From Entomortierella parvispora E1425 (taxonomy: Eukaryota; Fungi; Mortierellomycota): a stretch of 64,000 nucleotides of DNA. The stretch is taken from positions 2,356,001 through 2,420,000 of the forward strand of contig BQFW01000015.1 in the NCBI GenBank assembly GCA_020891255.1, written 5' to 3'. The position numbers and the translations under genes were made by a program. The notes under the pieces are model-generated. The model searched no databases, was not told where the DNA came from, and saw only the letters and a program-made list of their open reading frames with translations. This document shows, piece after piece, positions 13,467-26,160 of the stretch; positions within the stretch are counted from its first letter, which is position 1, and each line of letters opens with the position of its first letter.

Positions 13467-13497
13467 GTTGTTGTTGTTGTTGTTGTTTGTTGTTGTT
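13467..13497. repeat. (TTG)n microsatellite
   Basis: Run of gttgttgttg... with one interruption. Confidence 0.85.
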
Positions 13498-14156
13498 CTT
13501 GCTGGTGTTGTTGCTGGTGTGTTATTGTTGTTCCTGGTCTGCCTGCCTGTCTGCCTCCCTGTCTGTCTGGCTGGCTGACTTTGCTCTTGTCTGCTCTGTT
13601 GGTTGCCTGGCAATCATCCAGGCTTTGCTCTCGTCTGTTCTTCTCTTACCACAGTCCAGTCCAGTCCAGTCCCTTTGCCCTTTTTTACTTCATCCTCGCA
13701 TCATCCTACCATTGTCCATTCGTCATTCTTTGTTGGCTCATTGCTGCATCATTCTTATCCGCATCCTTTTCTTTTGCTCTTTGATAACCTACTTCGACCA
13801 GACCCTGCTCTCCATTCAGTGCATTCCCTCCCCCACAGTCTGGCCCTCTTGCATTTCATTCCCCCATTCGGCTCTCATTTCGGAGGAAAAAAAAATAACA
13901 TTGTACCTGTCCATTTCGCAGTCAGCCCATTGAAGGAATTGGCAACTCTGTTTGTTTCATTGCCTTCAAGCGGCTGTTCTCAACTCGGTACGTTACGACA
14001 GACAACAATAGCATACCCGCAGACGGTCAAAACGACAACAAGAGCGCTGCAGCGAGGTAAGCCACGAGTCGACAAGGAAGATTGAGAGCGGCAGAGAGCA
14101 CGTTGACCGAGGAAGGCACCTATTCCAGACCGGATCGATCGGCGACCTGTTTGTTG

Positions 14157-14221
14157 TGTCCAGTGCAGTCAGTGGGTGTCCAGTGCAGTCAGTGGGTGGC
14201 CACAGACTGAGTGGCCACAGA
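14157..14221. repeat. Adjacent local tandem duplications (20-bp x2 and 10-bp x2)
   Basis: TGTCCAGTGCAGTCAGTGGG at 14157-14176 and 14177-14196; TGGCCACAGA at 14197-14206 and 14212-14221. Confidence 0.85.
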
Positions 14222-17116
14222 GTTGGTGGCGAGAGCAAGGACCGATGAGCGATGAGCGAAAGAAAGAGAGAGAGAAAGAGAGGAATAGAGGAAAAGACCC
14301 CTCGACACACAAAAAAGACGCCATTGTGCGTGCAACAGAGACAAGGCGCGTGCAATGATTGGGTCAAAGACACGCGCGCCAGGGCCAACGAACGACGCGT
14401 TTGGACCTTCTCCATCCGACGCCGGCCCAGGCGCCATGGTGGATGTCTCTCTTCTACGCTAGGGAGGAAGGGGGGATGGAAGGGGATGCAAGGGGTGGGA
14501 GAACTTCAGAATAGGATCGTATCTCATCCAGACCACAGCAGCTCCCAATTTTAGCAAAACGTAGCCCCGTCTTTGGTTTCGCTCGTTTCATCCTTTATTT
14601 TGATACGGGAGGGCTCTCGAGTACTGTCGCGGATTTCTTGGCTGGGTTGTTGTTGTTGTTGTTGTTGCTGGTGCTGGTCTGTGACCGACGGACAGGCTGA
14701 CAACGGTTCTCTCCTCGCTCGTGCATGATCCGGTTGTGGTTTTTCTGTCCACTAGCAAAGTCCCTTGTTCATGATCCAGCGACAGGTTTTTTTCCTCTTT
14801 CTGTGTTCTCTGTGTTTGTCTTTTTTCCATCCATTGTTGTTCGTTTTTACAATGAGGGCTCCCGGCTGAAGACGAGCGCCGAGCGTGGACACAGAAACCA
14901 TGGCACCAAATACACACAGACACGCATGTGTCTTCTTGGTCCTCTCTCCCTCCCCCTTCTCCTTTCTCTGCACCCTCAATTAACTTTATTGCCCCTTTGT
15001 CATGGATGTCAACGATCCGTTGTCTTTATTTTGTCTTGTGTCTTTGGGAATTGCTCTTCATGTTCTTGGACCATTGGAAAGGCGAGGGAAGGGGAGAGGG
15101 GGAGAGAGAGAACAGGAGGTTTTCCTCTCGATGATTTCAATGCGCCATGTAGAATGCATGAGAGCTGTTTGTCCGTGCCCCCTACCCCCTAATTTTGTGC
15201 TTTGTCCATTTTGGACGCAACGGACTGGGTAAACTGCCAGGGCCTTTGGGCGTCCTCATTCCGGCTTCTGCTCTTGGCTGAGCACATCGACCCTAGTCCA
15301 TGATGATGAGATCAGGGACCACTGATCTCCACACTATTGCCCCAGAGGTTTCGCTCTTGTTCTCTCGTCTGTCAATGCATCCAACTTCGTGTCCAGGATC
15401 GGGGCGCGTGGCGTGCGCAGGGCGTTTCTCAATGAGTTTGCCTCCGCCCACTGGATGTAAGGCCCATGGTTGCACCCAAGTCACCCACAGGATGTCCTGT
15501 GTTCTTGTGCTCCCTTTTCCTTTTTTTTTTTTTTTTTTCGACAGAGATTGAGAGAGAGAGAGGATTGTTCGTTCACCCCTTGTTTTCTACTCCCTGTTTT
15601 GGACTGATAATTCATGCGTTTTGTCTCATCTGTCATCTCATAATCAAACCGACCGTGGATGAAATGCGCATTCCCCCCTTCATTGAACCCCCTCTCCTTT
15701 TTTTCTCCCATCCCTACCCTTGCTGGGTCCTGACTAAACACACTGTGCGCGAGTCTAGTTTCCCAAACCTCAATTGCGACACGGACTTGGGGATGAATGG
15801 GGATTGCTCTCAGCTTCGCCTTCTCAGCAAAAAGTGCTTCCGCTATCATCATCCATGAGCACCGAACAACTTGCTTTGTTGAAGGGTGTGTGCTTTCGAT
15901 GTTTAGACCCAGTGAATTAGGTTGCATTGTTGGTTCTTGGACTCGCTTGGAAGCAAGCAAAAAGGGCGTGAGCACACAGGTTGGCGACTGTGCGAAAAAG
16001 AAAAAAAAAAAAACAACAGCAAGCATTGCTGCATTGGCTCTAATTGCCTCTGCAAAGTGTGGTGCTGAGAGCACTGAGGGCCAACCACCAAGGCATTCGA
16101 GCGGGAATTGTGTGTGGCACAAGATGGGTTTGCGGCGGCCGTTTCTTTACAGAATGCTCCGATGTATTTGGCGGGGATCAGCAACAAGGTGCAAGATCCA
16201 TAGTCAAAAAAGCGCCTTTCGGTGTACCTGTGTGCATTCAATGCATTGCATCACAGAGCAGTGGATCGGGTGGTGCCATGACCCTTGGCCCAAGGTCCTT
16301 GGACGTGAACACAAAGAAAAAAGTGTGTCAACATGATCATTATCGCCCTCAACGACTCATTGCAACTCTTTTTCTCTCTCTTTTCTCTTTTCTCTTTTCT
16401 TTCTTCTTTTCTTCACCCTTCTCGCTTCTTTTTTCGTTTTCTCGCATTACTCTACATTAAAAAAATAATTCCCAGATAGACCGACCAGGGTCCTCCTCGT
16501 TCTCTCTCCTCAACACAAACATCCGTCATCATCGTCACTCGCAAGATCAACGGCCTCAATTGCCTCCTGGACACGGACCGAAAATATATATCACTCAATT
16601 TCATTTTGCCCATTGACTCCCGTCTTCCCTTCCACTCTAGTCAAGCACAGCGACACCACAAGGTAACCCATGCACCATGGCCGTCGGCCTCTGCCTTGCT
16701 TTTAAATGATCAATGTACTTTGGCACACCTTGCAGACAGACCGAGGGTGGCCACAGAGACAGGCCTGCATGTATTCTTTCCTTCCATCCTCTCCCTCCCC
16801 ACCATCCCACTTGGCTGCTCCACTCGTCCAATGGTCGACGCTGTGGCATGGCATCGAACTGCACCGCACTGCTTCGACCCGCCCCCGTTCTGTAGTCGAG
16901 AACCCTCCTCCGCCCTCATCCCTCCTCTGGCCTTCTTTGTCCTCTGTCCGTCTCCTTTTTTCATTTTATATATCTTTGCTTCTGTCTCCGTCTTTTGTTT
17001 CCTATTTATGATCACTCTCTGTTTGGACTGACCTCACCACGCTCATGAACCACCTTTCTCACCGCTTCTCTCTTTTTTCTTCCCTACTCTCGTCTCCTCT
17101 CTTCTCTTCTTTCTTT

Positions 17117-17120
<4 letters not shown>

Positions 17121-17180
<60 letters not shown>
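17121..17180. repeat. (CT)30 microsatellite in the STE12 upstream/5' UTR region
   Basis: 60 bp of uninterrupted CT repeat. Confidence 0.95.
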
Positions 17181-17188
<8 letters not shown>

Positions 17189-17607
17189 TGTTTCCTTCTC
17201 TGCTTTTTCCCGTCTTATTGTCTCCAGATCGACTCTCTCTCTCTTCCTCTCTTCCTCGCTCCCTCCCTTCCATATCCAGCTTCTCGACTCTCTCTCTTAC
17301 GAACCAAACCCATTCATTTCACGCCCAACTACCCGCTCCTTCTCATCCCTTGAAACATTGTTGCTTCCTTTTATCAAACATCGAAGCAAGGTAGCCTGTG
17401 GATCGACCTTGCTCCTCCACACCGTCCTCTTCATCGCCCTTCAAGATCTCTTCATCTCTTGACCCTACATATACATCACGCCAACCCCCTAACTCACTTT
17501 TTGTATTCCTGGACCTTGTTCACCCTCCCGCCTCCCCCGCCTCTTTCAACACCACCCCTCACACCTGATTCTCACTCAAAACTTCTCCACTCTACTTCAG
17601 CCCCACC

Positions 17608-20600
17608 ATGTTGACCGCCAACTCGAGAAGACCAGACCTCTTCAACCAGCAACCACCACATTCATCCCACCAACATACCTACCAGCATTCACAGCAGTCC
17701 TACACCCATCAGCCTCCACTCTCTCATGCACAATATATCCAACCACTCCAGCATATGAGCCACTTTCAACAACAACCATCACTTCAGCAACAGCATCAAG
17801 TACAGAGGCAAGAAGAGCAAGAACAACTCCATCTGCAAATGCAGCAGATGCAGCAGCATCATCAGCAGGTTCAACAGCACCAGCACCAACACCAACACCA
17901 GCAGAACCAGCAGCAGCAACAGCAACATCATCAGCAGCTCCAACATCAACAGCATCTCCAACAACAGCAGCATGACCAACATAACCTCCTACATGACACC
18001 TTGTCATTGACGACCGCATCGGCGTCCAGGATAGAAGAGATTGATCGCCTGAGCGTTTTTTTAACCACAGCACCAACGTACGAGATGGAGCTCTCGCGGT
18101 TCCAGTTGCCAACGGGCGAAACGATCTCTTGTGTACTCTGGAATGAGCTGTACCACATCACAGGCACCGACATTGTGCGGTCGTTGGTCTCACGTTTTGA
18201 GAGCTTTGGCCGGCCGGTGCGCAACATCAAGAAGTTTGAAGAAGGTGTATTCTCCGACCTGCGCAACCTCAAGCCGGGCGCGGATGCCTGTCTCGAGGAG
18301 CCAAAGTCGCCATTCCTGGAAATGCTGTACCGCAACAACTGCATTCGCACCCAAAAGAAACAAAAGGTGTTTTATTGGTACTCTGTACCTCACGACCGAC
18401 TCTTCCTCGATGCCATGGAGCGCGACCTGAAGCGTGAGCAGAGTGGAGCCGAACCCACCTCCCAAGCAGTATCTGAACCGGCCCTATCTTGCACGCTCGA
18501 AACTGTCCGCGATTTAGTGGAGCGCTTGTCCCGCCGGACCATCGAGATGAATACCATTACGGAGACACTCCAAAGCTTCACCCCCGACGGCGTCGCGCCC
18601 TTGAGCAAACAACTGCCCTTGAACGCCACACCCTCTGCATCTTCACCAACGCAGGCCCAACTCGTGCCTGATGGTGGTTCGCTTTCCTCGTCGACCTTGG
18701 GTGGCCTGGTGGCAGGCAAAAATGAGGTACTCGCCGGTCCCTTTGGTGAGGGCCAGTCTATGGGTCGTCATGAGTCGTGTTTGGATGACCAAGGGTAAGT
18801 TCAAGTGGCCCAGGCAGTGGCAGGAGCAAGGCCTGCCTTCATATCTGATACATCCCTGACCTTAGAGCTAATACGACATTCGTACATCATAGATCCGATG
18901 ACAATTCAGAGTCCAAGGTTCCTTCAGATGCCGATGGAGGTTTGAGTCATTCAGAAAAGACTGGGCTCTTTGGACCGTTTTCTGTCTTTGAAGGCTCACC
19001 CACGTACAAGAAGAGACGCAGACGCTCGACTGCCAATCCTTCCAATCTTTCAGAGGCCGTCGATCATATCGCCAATGGGATTCACGGTAACGACTCTTTG
19101 GACCCTGCGAGTGCACGTCGCGAATCATTGGATATGGAGGATGGCGATCGGTTCTTGGATGGAAGCATGCTGGGCTCTGGGTCTTTGGATTCTCTCTCTG
19201 GCATCAAGCAAGAAAACGCTCGACCATTGCACCACCAAGGATCCGCGTCCATGTCATCATTACAATCCCTCCAGACCGGTAACGGTAACCCATCACGATC
19301 CTATGCCTGCCCCGTTCCCCAATGTGGAAGACTTTTCAAGAGACTAGAGCACCTGAAGCGTCACTGGAGAACTCACACACTGGAGAGACCCTATGCCTGT
19401 ACGATCTGTGCCAAGCGATTCTCAAGAAGCGACAACCTGGCAGCCCATCGCAAGACCCACGACAAGCCTGCCTGGGCCAACGATGATGAATCCGGCGAGG
19501 CTGGAGAGACTGGATCGGGAGGATTGAAGCGTGAAGGAGACCTTGATGAAGAGTACGATGACGATCAAGAAGATCATCCTTTGCGGACCAAAGGCTACGC
19601 CTCTGATCATAGCATGGGCAGGAAGCGTCGTCGGTATAGAGATGGCATGGAGTCTATGAGCGAACGCGAGAGTTTGAGTGGATTCAGCAGTGGAGAGGAC
19701 GAGGACGAGGAAGGGGGTGTGATGGGTATGCCATACCAACAGCAACAGCAACAGCAACCACAGCAGCAGTTTCAGCTGCAAAACCGATACCCAATGGTGA
19801 AAGGACCCACGTCCATGCAGCCTATGATGCCTCAGCAGTACCCCACCCACTTGCAACGACCCAACATGTACACTGATACGACGCTAGGATCGCAACAACA
19901 ACCATTCATTCCAACGATGCCCATGATGTCCACCACGACAGCGACGACTACAGCGACGACGACACCAGTCCAGCAGGCCTATGGACCTTACCAGCCCGTG
20001 CCCTTGTCTGCAGGCTTTAGCACTCTTTTGGCTCAGCAGCCAATCCCTCCACCCTTGTTCACGGTCGAGGAAGAGGAGGACGAGAACGAAGAGATTTCCG
20101 ATATGGAGAAGTTGCGGTACAAGTACGAATACGAGATCAAGGCTGCCATTGACTCGACCCCAGTCCTTTCCGAGGTCACAAGGATGATGTCGACCGCGGC
20201 GACGCCTTACAACGCAGGCGCGTTCGGCTACGGAGGAGCGATGCCCGACTATGTGCCATATGGGGCATACCCCCTGTCGACGCCCATCGCTCTTGGAGGC
20301 AATGGCGGTATGGGATCTCGTTATGGTCTGTTTGATCCAGCCTCGTCCATGAACACTGGTAGCGCAACTATGGGTACCGTAGGAGGAGCCATGTTCTCCA
20401 CGGCAGCCATGGTGCCCACGTCTTCGTCAGCGTCGTCAGCGTCCTCATCAACCTCGTCGGCGTCGACATCGGTGTCCAGCAACGGTGGCCAGGGAACAAC
20501 GAACAGTGGGTTCCCGAACGTGCACATGACGGCGCTCCCCCCGTCGCACCACAACCAAGAGTACAAGTACATTGAGCTTGCGCTGGGATCGCTGCTGCCC

Positions 20601-20615
20601 AACGTGCCCATCTAA
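17608..20615 (+). CDS. STE12: Ste12-like transcription factor (STE domain plus two C2H2 zinc fingers, SteA type); 2 exons (17608-18794, 18893-20615); about 969 aa
   Basis: STE domain (ISCVLWNELYHITGTDIVR...KKFEEGVFSDLRNLKPG...RTQKKQKVFYWYSVPHDRLFLDAMERDLKRE); fingers CPVPQCGRLFKRLEHLKRHWRTH and CTICAKRFSRSDNLAAHRKTH; 98-nt intron with CTAAT branch site; N-terminal Q/H-rich tract. Confidence 0.95.
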
Positions 20616-20699
20616 CTGTAAATAAACCACAGCCTATAATACACTCTCTCTAAAAGTAAAACTAGTATGAAATGTGACTCTCCTTGACCGAGCAAAGGG

Positions 20700-20705
20700 A
20701 CGCGT
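20700..20705. promoter_or_regulatory. MCB-like element (ACGCGT) upstream of MSH6
   Basis: ACGCGT about 135 bp before the ATG, with a second CGCGCG at about 20757. MSH6 is an MBF/G1-S target in yeasts. The motif is short, so support is only moderate. Confidence 0.4.
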
Positions 20706-20838
20706 GCGGTGTGTTTGTTTTGGTGCGCGGTGTTCTGTTCTGTTCCCCCTCTCTCTCGCGCGTGTCTGTGTTTTTGCCCTTTTTTTTCTCTCACCTCACC
20801 TCTGCTTTTCTCACCTCACGCTTCCCTCTCTCTCGCAA

Positions 20839-23800
20839 ATGACCTCGGACGACCGCACACGGCCTTCAAAGTCGCCCGCAAAGCCAAAGGCGGCCAATGC
20901 CAATGGGAATGGCCAGCCCGCCATGGTGCAAAAGTCTATCTTTTCATTCTTCAAGACCGCCGCTCCTCTGCCCCCGCCTGCTGCTGTGCATGACAACGCC
21001 ACCAACATTGATCAGACAGCATCATCATCGACCACGCCCACAACCCCCATTCGCGCACGCAGGGCGGTCGAGGAAGACACCTCGCCTCTGTTCTCGACCG
21101 ATGCATCCGTCAAGGATCGCAAGCGCAAGCACTCGAGCGATGACGAACACGATGACCCCACCAGTCCTGTGGTGCAACAGGTCGAGGAATCTCGGTCCGT
21201 CAAGAAGTTTACCAGAGCTGTGAGCAACCTCTCGTTGGGTTCAACGGCCAGAAACTTGCGTTTTGAAGATATGGCCAAGGAGGGCGAGGACGAGGACGAG
21301 GACGACGGACCTGTTGGATCGAGACGATCTGTAAGTTTTATGCGCATACAGGGATGCAGGAGAAAGCAAGCGCTGTACATGGCACAAGAGGACTGGAAAC
21401 TCATTCATTTTTATCTATTTTTTTTAGGGCCGAGCTGTCAGAAGGATCAAATACCAGCTTTCAGATGACGACGATGACGAAGTCGACGAAAAGGCGGACC
21501 GGATATTGGGCGGCGGTAAGAACCGCAAAGCTGGAAAAAAGTCTAGACCAAAGAGGGACTCGGATGATGATGGCGATTCTGAATACGAGGCGCCAGAGAC
21601 AGTACCCGAGGATGACTTTAACATGGATATTGGTAACTACGTCGCAACTTGGATCTCCTTTGAAAAACAAAAAAGGGTACTCGGGGCTCGGAAACTGACC
21701 TGTTTTTGGTTATTGCGCACGCACGATAGATCCTGCAGAGCTGAACGGCGATGATCTGCTGGAAGAAGACGACGAGCCCGATCTGCCCCCATCACCATCT
21801 CGCCACCGCAGCAAACCACGCAGCTCGCTTCCAGCACCGAAGCCCGCAGTTGCTAGAATCTTTGACGCTGTAAGCGCATGGCGGATCATAGTCTGGATGA
21901 ATGTCTCTTCATGGTATCTGACAACCAATTCCAATGTATTAGAAATCGGCACCATCTCCATCTCCTGTCAAGGCTCGACCAGCACTCATGTTGAAGGATG
22001 ACAAAAAGAGGGAGCGTGCCGCCAAATTTGAAGAGACCAACAGTGGGCGATACAAGTGGCTCTTAGAGATCAAGGACGAAGACGGCAACCCAATAGGTAA
22101 GGCTCTGATCTGGCGAGTACCAACATCTCTTTGCTCGTCCCTTTCGTCTCTTTATGTATGGGTATCTATTCACCATGAAATACTTCTATTTTCATAGGCC
22201 ATCCTGATTACGACCCCCGTACGCTTTATATTCCTCGATCTGCATGGGACAAGTTTACGGATTTCGAACGTCAGTTTTGGGAGATCAAGGGCAAGCATTT
22301 TGACTCTGTGGTGTTTTTCAAGAAGGGCAAATTCTACGAACTGTACGAGAACGATGCCGATATTGGACACCAGCAGTTTGATCTCAAGTTGACGGACAGG
22401 ACAAACATGAGGATGGTCGGTGTCCCCGAGTCCAGCTTTGACTATTGGGCAGCTCAGTTTATTGCCAAGGGATTCAAGGTGGCAAGAGTAGACCAGATGG
22501 AGACTGCCCTCGGAAAGCATATGCGTGAGCGAGAGGGAGGCTCTGCCAAATCGGCCCAAAAGGTCATTCGGCGTGAATTGCATTCCATTTTGACTGCCGG
22601 AACCTTGACCGATTCGGGCCTGTTGACCAACGAGATGGCGACGTACTGTATGGCGATCAAGGAAATCAACCGACCTGGAGGAGAGCATCTCCCGACTCAG
22701 TTTGGTATTGCGTTTGTGGACACTTCCTCAGCAGAGTTCAACCTTGCGACTTTTTACGATGACATGGATCGGACCAAATTCGAGACATTGATCACACAGA
22801 TCAAACCCAAGGAGATCGTGGTGGAAAAGGGTGGACTGAGTGTTCGAAGCACTCGTATTCTGAAGAATACGTTGGGAGTCAATACCATCTGGAACCATTT
22901 GCAGCCCGAGACTCAGTTCTGGGGCGCCATGGATACAGCGGACGAAATCCGTATTCGTGCCTACTTTGGAGCGGATGTTCCTGGTTCTATCGCATCAGGT
23001 AAGCGATACTATGTTTGACTCTTGAGTTTTTGTTTTGGGCTTGCTCACCCCAACTGGTGACTAACTGAACGCTCAAACTCTGCGCTATCACTTAGATTGC
23101 TGGCCTGAGGCTCTTCAAAAGTTGAAGGACAACTCTTCTGTCATGAGCGCATTGGGTGGTCTTGTTTGGTACCTGCGATCGTTGAAGTTGGACGAAGAGT
23201 TGATGTCATTCAAAAACTTCCATGTGTACGATCCAGTACGACAGGCTTCAACCCTTATTCTCGATGGTCAAACATTGTCCAATCTCGAGGTCTTCCAAAA
23301 CAACAGCGATGGCTCAGAAACAGGAACAGTGCTGCGACTCCTTAACCGCTGCGTTACGCCATTCGGTAAGCAGCTTCCGCCATCTACACTTCAGAGATGT
23401 TGATATATTGTATGACAGAGCTTTACAGGGAACTTATTGTTTTTTTTTTATTATTCCACTGCTATTTAGGCAAGCGTCTTTTCAGACGTTGGCTCTGCCA
23501 TCCTTTGCGATCGACCGCCGCTATCAATGCTCGATTGGATGCTGTTGAGGACCTGATGCGTGTCCCAGGATTCATGGATCTGTTCGAGGAAAAGTGCGCT
23601 AGATTCCCAGATTTGGAGCGTATTGTCAGTCGAATTCATGCTGGCTCGTGCAAGATTTCTGAATTCTTGACCGTCTTGTCCACATTTGGCACTCTTTTGG
23701 TACGTTCTGCACTGGATGATGGTACTCTACCAGATAAATGTAGAGAGGGTAGAAGGAACTGACTCGATGTTGTTGCTGTATCATAGGACACATCTCGCCG

Positions 23801-25516
23801 TTTGAGCTCTTACACAGATCAATTCAAGAGCAGAAAGTTGGCGTCTGTGTTGGATGAATTGCCAGACTTGACAGAGCATTTGGAATATTTCAAGGAGGCC
23901 TTTGACCACAAGGTCGCTGCTACTGAAGGAGATATCATCCCTCATCCTGGCTTTGCTGAGGACTATGATGCCAACAGCGATACTCTCAAGCAACTGGATT
24001 CCGAGTTTGCTCAACACCTAGAGAAGGCCAAGCGTGATCTCAAGTAAGACTTGGGTCAACAGGCAGAGTGTTTGTTTGGTCAACCATAGCTCAACATCAG
24101 TTTTGCTGACTTCAATATTCGAATTTGTGCACTAGGACGACCAAGGTCATCTACAAGGATCTGGGCAAGGAAATTTACCAGCTTGAGGTCTCCAACAAAA
24201 TCGCCGTTCCCAAGAACTGGAAAAAGATGTCGGGTACAAATGTAGGTTTTCTTATTTTGCCACCATCAAAAGTTTAAAAGCCCTTGGCACAGGCTTTCTT
24301 TTTTACTGATTATTCCATATTTTTCTAGGCTGTGAGTCGTTACTACAATCCAGAGTTGACCGCCTTAGTCACCAGACTTCAAGAGGCTCGGGAGACCAAG
24401 AATGCCATCATGAAGGGACTTCAGGGTCGTCTCTATACCAAGTTTGATGAAAACTACAAGGATTGGCTCAAGGCGGTCAAGATCATTGCTGAGCTGGACT
24501 GCCTCTGCTCACTCTCCAAGAGCAGTTCAGCCCTCGGATCCCCTGCTTGTCGACCCGAGTTTGTGGAAGGAGAACAATCGGTTTTGGAGCTGGAGGGACT
24601 GAGACACCCCTGCGTGATTCCAGGAATCGCGTCTGATTTCATCCCTAACGACACAGTTTTGGGCGGATCAAGTCCCAACTTGATCTTGTTGACAGGACCC
24701 AACATGGGTGGTAAATCCACCTTGTTGCGCCAGACCTGTGTGGCGATCATCATGGCACAACTCGGATGCTATGTCCCAGCTGAAAAGTGCCGACTGACGC
24801 CCTTTGACCGGATCTTTACAAGAATTGGTGCCAATGACAACATTCTGGCGGGTCAGTCTACTTTTATGGTCGAGCTGTCAGAGACATCCAAGATTCTGGC
24901 CGAGGCTACAGAGCGATCCATGGTGATCCTGGATGAGCTGGGACGAGGCACCAGTACGTTTGACGGCTATGCCATTGCGTACTCTGTCCTGCATGAGCTA
25001 TCAACACGGATCGGCTGTCTGGGCCTGTTCTCGACCCATTATGGAACTTTGACGAGTGAATTTGAGCGGGATCCCAACGTGGCGCTGAAGCACATGGCGT
25101 GTCAAGTGGATCAGGTCAACAGAGAGGTGACGTTCCTGTACAAACTCGTGGAGGGCGTGTGTGAAAAGTCATATGGTATGAACGTGGCCCATATGGCAGG
25201 CGTTCCACGGTCAATTGTGGAGCGAGCAGAGTTGATGGCGAATGCCTTTGAGCTGAAGCAGGAATCAAAGCGGGAGGAAGAGCTAAAGCTGAAGAAGGGA
25301 GACAAGAACCTGGGCTTGGGCATGATCATGGATTTGGCGTTCTTGTTGAGTCGCGTCCAGAAGGGAAACCATCTCACTGCCGGAGAAGTGGAGATGAAGG
25401 ATGCCGCAGAAGATGTAGGGTCTTTACCGGCAACTCGAGCAGGTGCCCGCTCAATGACAGTGGAACAGGAGACGAGAGCCATGCAGCGAATCATGAAAAG
25501 CATGGCCGTCGTGTAA
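20839..25516 (+). CDS. MSH6: DNA mismatch repair protein Msh6 (MutS-alpha subunit), multi-exon
   Basis: PIP box QKSIFSFF; mismatch-binding FKKGKFYELYE; Walker A TGPNMGGKSTLLRQ; DELGRGTSTFDG; helix-turn-helix SYGMNVAHMAGVP. Confidence 0.96.
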
Positions 25517-26160
25517 AAAAAAAAGCAAAGCTCTATAAATTACATATATTTTTTCAAGTCTAAGCCTTCTTTTGAGAAAGCGTAAAGATGTTGTCACCGT
25601 CTACGTCCATGGGTAGTTATTTTCTCTGCCCACCTTGGTCTTCTACTGCCAATGCTACTTCTATCAAGAGCACAGTAGGACATCAGGGGACAATGATTGT
25701 CGTCAAAAGTTCTGAATGGCCTTGGTTCTGCTGTGCTTAGTGCTGTGCTCAGTGCATCATTCAAAGGGGCAGATCTCTTGTCGGCAAACATTCTTACTGT
25801 CTTTGGTATTGTCTCCTTTCACCCCTTTGAATCTCAACGCAACGTCAGAGATTTTCCAAATCTAGACGATGTGCATCCAAGGGCACCAAAAGCATCTAAC
25901 ATCAACATTCTGTCCAATAATGGGCCTTACCGTGAACGCGTACTTCACCGCATGTCCGTGAACTTCAAAAGACACGGTTCTGTTCAAGTTGAGGGCAGAG
26001 GAATCAGTTTTATTTTGAAGAATAAGAGGATTGCACTATCCCTTTCCCTCTGCGAACAGACTATGGACTCTCAAAAAAAATGCTCTGGCAAGAGGAGGGG
26101 TATCATGGTACCTCCTGCCAATTTTGCTCCCAATAGAGGGGAGGGGGTTTTTTTTCCCTT

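Noticed and set aside
15299-15329. TGATGA plus CTGA with an 8-bp hairpin, resembling a C/D snoRNA
   Set aside because: The boxes are only about 20 nt apart, too short for a snoRNA, and no guide sequence is evident.
13251-16460. Numerous 60-220 aa ORFs upstream of STE12 and in the 28.3-34.5 kb and 54-57.6 kb intervals
   Set aside because: They derive from microsatellites and pyrimidine/purine tracts, overlap in many frames and show no domain signatures.
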